From assembly GCA_963716395.1 (NCBI GenBank), contig OY970309.1, positions 1,344,001-1,408,000 of the forward strand: a stretch of 64,000 bases of DNA, given 5' to 3'. The stretch comes from an uncultured Fibrobacteria bacterium. GTDB lineage: Bacteria > Fibrobacterota > Fibrobacteria > UBA11236. Under the pieces are notes generated by a model that did no database searches, was not told the origin of the DNA, and saw only the letters and a list, made by a program, of their open reading frames with translations. Position 1 is the stretch's first letter, and each line of letters starts with the position of its first letter. The translations under genes were made by a program, and so were the position numbers. Below, piece by piece: positions 57,617-64,000 of the stretch.

Positions 57617-60600
57617 ATGAAAACCTTCAACTTACGTAGCCCGGGAATGGGACGGAAACAAATCCGCGGGTTCGGATTGGTTTTAAGTCTGGCGCTCCCC
57701 GTCGTGGCCGGCACGAATACTTTGTTTCGCGGACGGGTTTTGGATGCGGCCGGCGCTCCGGTTTCGGCCTGGGTCGGCTGCGGCGAGAACGGCGATTCGG
57801 CCGGGCGCTTTTCCCTGGCCGTGAATTCAGACGACACATGCCGACTTAAAATTCGTCACGAAAACTTCGACACCTTACTTGCCGGCGCCATAGCCATGGA
57901 TTCGGTTTTAGATGGGCGCGACCTCCGTTTACCGGTTGCGGATTCGCAGGCGGTGACTTCGGCGCCCATCGACTCATCGCCACCTCCGCGTTGGACGGGC
58001 CGCATCCTCAACGAAGAAGACTCGACCCCGCTGGCCGGAACGTGGGTGCGCTGCCGCGATCAAAGCGATTCGGTTCTCACCACAGCCGACGGCCGCTTTC
58101 AATTGAACGTGGATTCCGTCGACTCTTGCCGGCTGCTGGTCCGACGTCAGGGTTTCGCTGACTTGCGCTCCAGCCCGAGGCCGCCGGGCGCGGAAAGCGA
58201 TTGGGGCGACATTCGCCTTTACCCCGCGACCGAAATCCGGAAAAGCAAAATGGTGGTGGTGGTGTACGGCTTGTCGGGACAGGGACGCGCCCTAAACCAG
58301 CAGAAGAATTCGGATAATTTGAAAAACGTGGTCAGCGCGGAATTGATCGCGGCCCTGCCCGATCATTCCACTGCCGACGCGTTGCAACGCGTGCCCGGGC
58401 TTTCCATCGAACGCGATCAAGGCGAAGGCCGCTACGTGCAAATCCGCGGCACCGAGGCGAATCTTTCCACCGTAACCATCAACGGCCAATCCATTTCGGG
58501 GCCCGACGCCAAAACCCGGGCCGTGTCGCTGGACGTGATTCCCGCGGACCAGTTGGCCGAAATCGAAGTCAGCAAGGTGCTTACGCCCGAAATGGACGCC
58601 GACGCCATCGGCGGCACCATCAATCTCAAAACGGCCACCGCCACCTCGGATTTCTGGAAAGATAGCTTCACAGGGCTGACCGGATTTGCCCAGCTTTCCG
58701 ACGAGCCGAGTTGGCAGGGATCGGCCACGGTGGGCCGGCGTTTTCAGGACGGCAAACTCGGATTTTTTGCCGGTGCGAGTTATTACAAAGATCAAACCGA
58801 GACCCAGAATTTCGAAATGGGGTGGGACACGTCAAGCTATAACACCGCCGGTATCGGTTTGTCGCAACCTTTAAATCTCGAGTTCCGCGATTATGCCCTC
58901 ACCAATGAACGCATGGGCGCCAATCTTTCGCTCGACTATCGCTTCGGCCCCGATCGGCGCGCCTATCTGACCCTCTCGTACAACCGTAACAACAATGACG
59001 AATTGCGGCGGCGACTTCTGCTCGACGCCGAAGCCGAAGATGCCCGCCATGAATCGCTCGACAACCGCGATGTCACCGACGTGCCGGTCTCGCGATCCAT
59101 CCGCGAAGAGGAGAAAACCAAAGACATTTTCAGCGCCGTATTGCGCGGTGAAGTCGCTCTGGAGGGCGGATTCAAGACCGGTGCCAGCTTGAATTATTCC
59201 TATGCGGGCAGCAAAATGCCGTACCGCCTGGACGCGGATTTCACCTACCCGTACAACATCTTTTTCGACGTGTCCAATCCCGATGTGCCCGAGTATTTTC
59301 CCTTCGATATCACCCAATACCAGAACAGCGCCATCAACCACCTCCGCTTTGGAACCCCGATTACCACGGTTTACGACACGGCCTTCGACGACATGAACCA
59401 TTTGACCAACGGCGGACTCGAAATCATCAGTTCGCACGCGCAAGAGCACTTTCTCACCGGCAAGGCCGACCTGGAAAAAACCGGCGTTGGTCTGGGGGCG
59501 GAACTGTCGGGCAAGATCGGCCTCAAAGGCGGCTTGCACGTCAAAGATCAAACCATGACAGGGCAGACGGATACCGTGCCCGGAGTCGACGATCCGCGTC
59601 TCAGCGATTATCTGAGCAGCTACAGTGAAAGCGATTTTTTCAACGGCCATTATACCTTGAACAACATGCCCGACATCGGGCAGCTTTCTGCCTATTACAA
59701 TGCCGAAACCAACACCTATCCGCCGAATACGGGCGGCGACATCCACCTCGAAGTCGATCCGCAAAACTTTCACGCGCAGGATTACAATGCCGCGGGGTAT
59801 GCGCAGGGGAAATATCACCGCGGTGCCGCCACCGTGGTCGGTGGCGTGCGCGTGGAATATACGGCCCTGCATTACGACGGCTTCGTCACGGTTACCGACG
59901 GCAGCCTGCAAAATCACTGGTACCGCACCGATCCCTTGTCGATGGACAAGCATTTTTACTTTGTGCTGCCCATGATTTTGGGCCGCTATGCGCTGACGCC
60001 CGAAGCCAGCCTCCGCGCGTCGTACACCCATTCCTTTGCGCGGCCCGACTGGTACGACCTGGTGCCGCACGGCCTGGTGCAGAACGACGACGGCATCATC
60101 ACGGTCAACACCGGCAATCCCGATTTGAAGCCGCCCAAGGCCCATAACGTCGACTTCAGCATCGAGGATTACACCGGCGGCGAAAACCTCATGACCGCCG
60201 GATTGTTCTACAAACGCATCGATGATTACATCGTCAGCACCGATGTGACCACCTATCCCAACGGCGGTAAAACGCAATGGCTGTATTACGAGGACATCAA
60301 CGGCGATCACGCCGATTTGGCCGGCGCTGAATTCGCCTTCCGCCAGGCACCGCGATTCCTTTACGGCTTCGGCGTCGATCTCAATTACACCTACACCTGG
60401 TCGAACACCCGCATTCCCGGCGAAACGCATACCAGTCCGTTGCCCAAGCAATCGGCGCATACCGGCAACTTCGCGCTTTTCTACGACCACGCGGGCTTCA
60501 TCGCACGCGTGGGCTGCAACGTGCGCAGCCATTTCATCGACGAAATCGCCACCTATGAAAACCGCAACAACGAGAGCTATCCTGATCTCAACGTGTATGT

Positions 60601-60784
60601 CGACGATCACGTGCAAGTCGATGCTTCGGTAAGCGTACACCTCGACCGGCACGCCTCCTGGATTCTCGAAGCCAACAACCTGACCAATGAACCCTACACG
60701 CTGTACCTCAGCAACCGCGACCACGTCACCCAGGAGGAGTACTACTCCTGGTCGGCGCAAACCGGATTTAAAATGCTGTTCTGA
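57617..60784 (+). CDS. TonB-dependent receptor with two N-terminal carboxypeptidase-regulatory-like domains
   Basis: Plug ALQRVPGLSIERDQGEGRYVQIRG, DADAIGGTINL; GNPDLKP; NNLTNE; C-terminal Phe. Confidence 0.95.
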   Translation: MKTFNLRSPGMGRKQIRGFGLVLSLALPVVAGTNTLFRGRVLDAAGAPVSAWVGCGENGDSAGRFSLAVNSDDTCRLKIRHENFDTLLAGAIAMDSVLDGRDLRLPVADSQAVTSAPIDSSPPPRWTGRILNEEDSTPLAGTWVRCRDQSDSVLTTADGRFQLNVDSVDSCRLLVRRQGFADLRSSPRPPGAESDWGDIRLYPATEIRKSKMVVVVYGLSGQGRALNQQKNSDNLKNVVSAELIAALPDHSTADALQRVPGLSIERDQGEGRYVQIRGTEANLSTVTINGQSISGPDAKTRAVSLDVIPADQLAEIEVSKVLTPEMDADAIGGTINLKTATATSDFWKDSFTGLTGFAQLSDEPSWQGSATVGRRFQDGKLGFFAGASYYKDQTETQNFEMGWDTSSYNTAGIGLSQPLNLEFRDYALTNERMGANLSLDYRFGPDRRAYLTLSYNRNNNDELRRRLLLDAEAEDARHESLDNRDVTDVPVSRSIREEEKTKDIFSAVLRGEVALEGGFKTGASLNYSYAGSKMPYRLDADFTYPYNIFFDVSNPDVPEYFPFDITQYQNSAINHLRFGTPITTVYDTAFDDMNHLTNGGLEIISSHAQEHFLTGKADLEKTGVGLGAELSGKIGLKGGLHVKDQTMTGQTDTVPGVDDPRLSDYLSSYSESDFFNGHYTLNNMPDIGQLSAYYNAETNTYPPNTGGDIHLEVDPQNFHAQDYNAAGYAQGKYHRGAATVVGGVRVEYTALHYDGFVTVTDGSLQNHWYRTDPLSMDKHFYFVLPMILGRYALTPEASLRASYTHSFARPDWYDLVPHGLVQNDDGIITVNTGNPDLKPPKAHNVDFSIEDYTGGENLMTAGLFYKRIDDYIVSTDVTTYPNGGKTQWLYYEDINGDHADLAGAEFAFRQAPRFLYGFGVDLNYTYTWSNTRIPGETHTSPLPKQSAHTGNFALFYDHAGFIARVGCNVRSHFIDEIATYENRNNESYPDLNVYVDDHVQVDASVSVHLDRHASWILEANNLTNEPYTLYLSNRDHVTQEEYYSWSAQTGFKMLF

Positions 60785-60831
60785 TCACAGCGCCGGCATC
60801 GGAACAAAGGTCGATTTCCAAGGAGCCCGCC

Positions 60832-61992
60832 ATGCAACGAAACCATCACGCCACCCTGACCGTTTTATGCCTCGCGTTCGCGGCCGGAACGGCCCACGCC
60901 GAAGCCAAGCCCAACTCGACCGATGCCGTCGCCGAAAAAGCATCGCATGCCTTGCGGTTTTTGGTCATGGGAGATTGGGGCCGCAACGGCTATACCAATC
61001 AAACCCCGGTGGCGCGGGCCATGGGACGGACCGCCGAGGATTCCGACGCGGATTTTGTCGTGGCCCTTGGCGACAATTTTTATCCCAACGGCGTGCGCAG
61101 TGTGCAGGATCCGCAATGGCGATCTTCCTTCGAAGCGGTTTACACCAACCCTTCGCTGATGCGCGATTGGTACGTCGTGCTGGGCAACCATGATTACCAT
61201 GGCAATACGCAAGCCGAAGTCGGCTACACCCAAATCAGCCGCCGCTGGAATATGCCGGCACGCTATTACGAATTACACAAAAAGATCAAGGGTGATCCCG
61301 CCGGGGCGGACCTGTTTTTTCTCGACACCTCGCCGTTCCAAAGCAAGTATTACGGGAACGAAACCAATGCCGGCGGCGTGATCGGCCAAGATACGGCGGC
61401 CCAGCGCCGCTGGCTCGACAGCGCGCTGTCGGCCTCGCAGGCCACCTGGAAACTGGTCTTCGGCCATCACCCCGTGTACACCAGCGGTCACCATGCCCAG
61501 GAAATGGCCGCCATGCCGGATCAGTTCGGACACCTGTTTGAAAAAGCCGGTGTCGACGCCTATTTCGCGGGGCATGACCACGACTTCGAGTATTTGGAAA
61601 ATAACGGCGTGCATTACTTCGTGGTCGGCACCGGCTCCGAATTGCGGCCGTTGCCCAAAGCCCGCAATCCCCATTCGAAATTCGGATTATCGGAGGCGGG
61701 ATTCGGATTGGTGTCGTTGACATCGGATGCGCTGCGCTTCAGTTTCATCGACAAGCATGGGAAGCGGCGCTTTCAAACACTGATCCGAAAACGCCGCGCT
61801 GAACCGGCCGAGTTAGAATCGGCCTTTAGGTCGTCGCCACCAGCAGCTCTTCCGCATTTATCGGCGGGCGAAGATCATCCGTCCTGTCCGCAAAATAACG
61901 CTGGGCCAGCAAGGCCGCCGACACATGCTGTGCCTCGCGAAAGCCGGCGGCGCGGGCCAAAGCCAGCATTTCTTCGGGCAGGAAGAAGCTGA
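60832..61992 (+). CDS. Exported purple/tartrate-resistant acid phosphatase-type metallophosphoesterase (true end probably near 61802)
   Basis: GDWG, GDNFY, GNHDY, GHHP, GHDH metal-ligand motifs; signal peptide. Confidence 0.92.
   Translation: MQRNHHATLTVLCLAFAAGTAHAEAKPNSTDAVAEKASHALRFLVMGDWGRNGYTNQTPVARAMGRTAEDSDADFVVALGDNFYPNGVRSVQDPQWRSSFEAVYTNPSLMRDWYVVLGNHDYHGNTQAEVGYTQISRRWNMPARYYELHKKIKGDPAGADLFFLDTSPFQSKYYGNETNAGGVIGQDTAAQRRWLDSALSASQATWKLVFGHHPVYTSGHHAQEMAAMPDQFGHLFEKAGVDAYFAGHDHDFEYLENNGVHYFVVGTGSELRPLPKARNPHSKFGLSEAGFGLVSLTSDALRFSFIDKHGKRRFQTLIRKRRAEPAELESAFRSSPPAALPHLSAGEDHPSCPQNNAGPARPPTHAVPRESRRRGPKPAFLRAGRS
61806..61827. terminator. Hairpin between convergent genes
   Basis: GGCCGA-gttagaa-TCGGCC-ttt directly after an out-of-frame TGA (61800-61802) and at the stop of the opposite gene. 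Confidence 0.45.
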
Positions 61993-62686
61993 GAAAGGGC
62001 GTGCCGTTGGCACGCGCGCCCTTGGCCGCCTGTTCCATGGCGGGACGCAGTTCGGGGTTGGTCTGCTCGATCGGCAGTAGGAATGACAGGGCCAGGGTGG
62101 AACCGGGCGCAAGCGACGCGATCTGTTGCAGGGTGGCCTGAATAGCTTCTTTCGTGAGGTACATGCTGACGCCGGCCGAAGCCACGACGGCCGGCCGCTT
62201 CGCGTCGAAGCCGGCGGCGGCCAGCCGCTCTTGCCAGGGATCGCCCGCCTCGAAGTCTACCGGCACGAACCGCAGCCAGGCGGGAATTCCGAATCCGAGC
62301 TCCCGCAGACGCCGTTGTTTCCAGGCTTGGGGACCGGGTTTGTCGACTTCGAAAATCGTCAGGTCCGAGGCGATCTCGGGTCGGCGCTGGGCAAAGGTGT
62401 CGAGGCCCGCTCCCAGGATGACGTATTGCCCCACTCCACGGGCGGATTGCTCAGCGACGAGATCTTCGATATAGCGCGCCCGCGCCACTATGGAGGCGCG
62501 AAAGGGTCGTGTGAACGGGCCCATATCCGGCCGCTGCCGCCATCCTTCCTCGGGAGCGACCAGCTTGAGGCCGATGTCGTCTTCCAGAACATGGGGTGGC
62601 GCATCGGCCAGAACATGCAAAGCCCGCCACAAGGCGACCCTTACCGCCGTGTTGTCCGGTTCCGCCGCGGATGGATCTTCCTGCAT
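61826..62686 (-). CDS. Class I SAM-dependent methyltransferase (LCM/TIGR00027-like)
   Basis: TAVRVALWRA, ARARYIED, QYVILGAGLDTFA, FEVD.P, GVSMYLT. Confidence 0.92.
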   Translation of the reverse strand: MQEDPSAAEPDNTAVRVALWRALHVLADAPPHVLEDDIGLKLVAPEEGWRQRPDMGPFTRPFRASIVARARYIEDLVAEQSARGVGQYVILGAGLDTFAQRRPEIASDLTIFEVDKPGPQAWKQRRLRELGFGIPAWLRFVPVDFEAGDPWQERLAAAGFDAKRPAVVASAGVSMYLTKEAIQATLQQIASLAPGSTLALSFLLPIEQTNPELRPAMEQAAKGARANGTPFLSFFLPEEMLALARAAGFREAQHVSAALLAQRYFADRTDDLRPPINAEELLVATT

Positions 62687-62870
62687 GATTTCTCTCCCTT
62701 GCTTTCCGGCCGGCGCCGTCCTGTCTCTGCCGTAGAGCAGGCATAACAACTTCAAAATTATTTTCAGGAAAGCCAATGGCCGATGGATTCGGAGATCAAT
62801 TCGTCGGCGGCATAATCGCCTGCGGCTTACAGGGCCAGGGGCGAGGGACGGGGATGGCGGCGGGTTTTAA

Positions 62871-63584
62871 TTACCGGATTTGCAGCACCCGTAACGTCAA
62901 TGGTACTTCGCCCGGGATCGCAATGCGCAGCAGATACAATCCGTTGTCGGGCCGCGCCTTCACGGGCAACCGCACGACGGCTCCGGTTTGGGGTTCGACC
63001 CGGAAACTTTGCAAGGTCCGGCCGGAAAGCGAAACGATGGCGACCGACCACGGCGCGGACGGAACCCGGGGCAGCGACAAGGCCAAGACTCCCGCCTGCA
63101 AGGCGGCGGAAAAATTTTCGGGCACAAAGTCATTTCGTAACGCAGTAGTTCCGGTCACGTACAGGGTTCCCGCGAGCTGGGGGGCAATCAGGGCGACGGG
63201 GGATCCCACCAGACCAAGGGGGCAAACGGTTCCCGGCGGACAATAAATAATCGGTTCCAGGAAAACCGGATGTTTTCCCGCTTTCAGGGCCGGCATGTCG
63301 AAGGTGGGGCCATAGGGAATTGCGGCGCAAGGGGCCAGGATGGCCAGGGTCGTGTCGGAAAAAGACAGCAACAGCGAATCGCCGATCTGGGCAATGCTTT
63401 GGTTGAAAAAACGCTGGTTGCAATTGTAGTTTTGAATAGTTACGTGTAGCACAAACGGAATTCCCGCGGCGGCGGTGTCGGGCGAAAGCGTATACGGATC
63501 GGAAGTGGGTTGCGCCCCGCCGCACAGCGGCCAGGCCAGCATCGCCCATAGAAATGCAAAACGCGTCTTTTTGTTCCAGTTCAT
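62871..63584 (-). CDS. Secreted hypothetical protein with T9SS-type tail
   Basis: GGAGG RBS, signal MNWNKKTRFAFLWAMLAW..., paired Cys, tail IVSLSGR...NGLYLLRI. Confidence 0.78.
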   Translation of the reverse strand: MNWNKKTRFAFLWAMLAWPLCGGAQPTSDPYTLSPDTAAAGIPFVLHVTIQNYNCNQRFFNQSIAQIGDSLLLSFSDTTLAILAPCAAIPYGPTFDMPALKAGKHPVFLEPIIYCPPGTVCPLGLVGSPVALIAPQLAGTLYVTGTTALRNDFVPENFSAALQAGVLALSLPRVPSAPWSVAIVSLSGRTLQSFRVEPQTGAVVRLPVKARPDNGLYLLRIAIPGEVPLTLRVLQIR

Positions 63585-63738
63585 GGGCCCTCCCAGGCCG
63601 GGGTTTTGTTTTACCTCGCTCTCAACATAAGCATATTGTATTTCAGAAAAACCGCAAAAGCCTTTTATTCGTAAAAATTCGCTCATATTCTGCTCACATT
63701 ATTTTGTATTAGAATGAGGATCAACCAGGGCGGCCGGT

Positions 63739-64000
63739 TTGGAATCACAGCATAGCATCGGCGTATTCGACTACTTGGATTACCGGAAATTTCTGGCGGA
63801 TTATTATCGCGCCAAGAAAGCCGTGAACAAATCGTTTTCACATCGGCTTTTCGCCCGCAAAGCCGGCTTCCGTTCCACGGGATTTTTCAGCGAAGTGTTG
63901 AGCGGCAAAAGAAAGCTGTCCCGGGAATACGCGCGCAAATTCGCGCAAGCCCTGAACCTGGATGAAAAAGAACGCGAGTTCTTCGATTTGCTGGTGGCTT
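63739..64000 (+). CDS. TIGR02147/DUF4423-family protein (partial, runs off window)
   Basis: Manual translation: ..VFDYLDYRKFLADYYRAKKAVNKSFSHRLFARKAGFRSTGFFSEVLSGKRKLS...ALNLDEKEREFFDLLV. Confidence 0.88.
   Translation, partial: MESQHSIGVFDYLDYRKFLADYYRAKKAVNKSFSHRLFARKAGFRSTGFFSEVLSGKRKLSREYARKFAQALNLDEKEREFFDLLVA

Overview
A GC-rich bacterial chromosomal segment, probably from a Fibrobacterota (FCB-group) organism. This is inferred from a TIGR02147-type gene at the right edge and several T9SS-type C-terminal sorting domains. It mixes housekeeping genes (pdxA, purA, rfbB, fmt, ileS-dksA, rlmN, rpe, ettA, tamA/tamB-like) with many secreted or envelope proteins of unknown function. I saw no rRNA, tRNA, transposase, phage gene or CRISPR array. 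The best leads are: (i) a Cys/His-rich leader-like ORF in front of a CACGC-motif outer-membrane barrel (candidate metal-responsive uptake unit); (ii) a secreted beta-helix-like protein + TonB-dependent receptor + purple-acid-phosphatase locus (candidate organophosphate scavenging system); (iii) a HEPN-tailed sulfite/nitrite reductase translationally coupled to an uncharacterised partner; (iv) a structured ~200-nt 5' leader with c-di-GMP-I-riboswitch-like words; (v) a perfect CRP box matching the window's own CRP-type regulator; (vi) a tandem REP-like hairpin pair. Several genes carry single-base frame breaks or an in-frame amber codon, which may be assembly errors. All family assignments come from reading motifs by eye; no searches were run.
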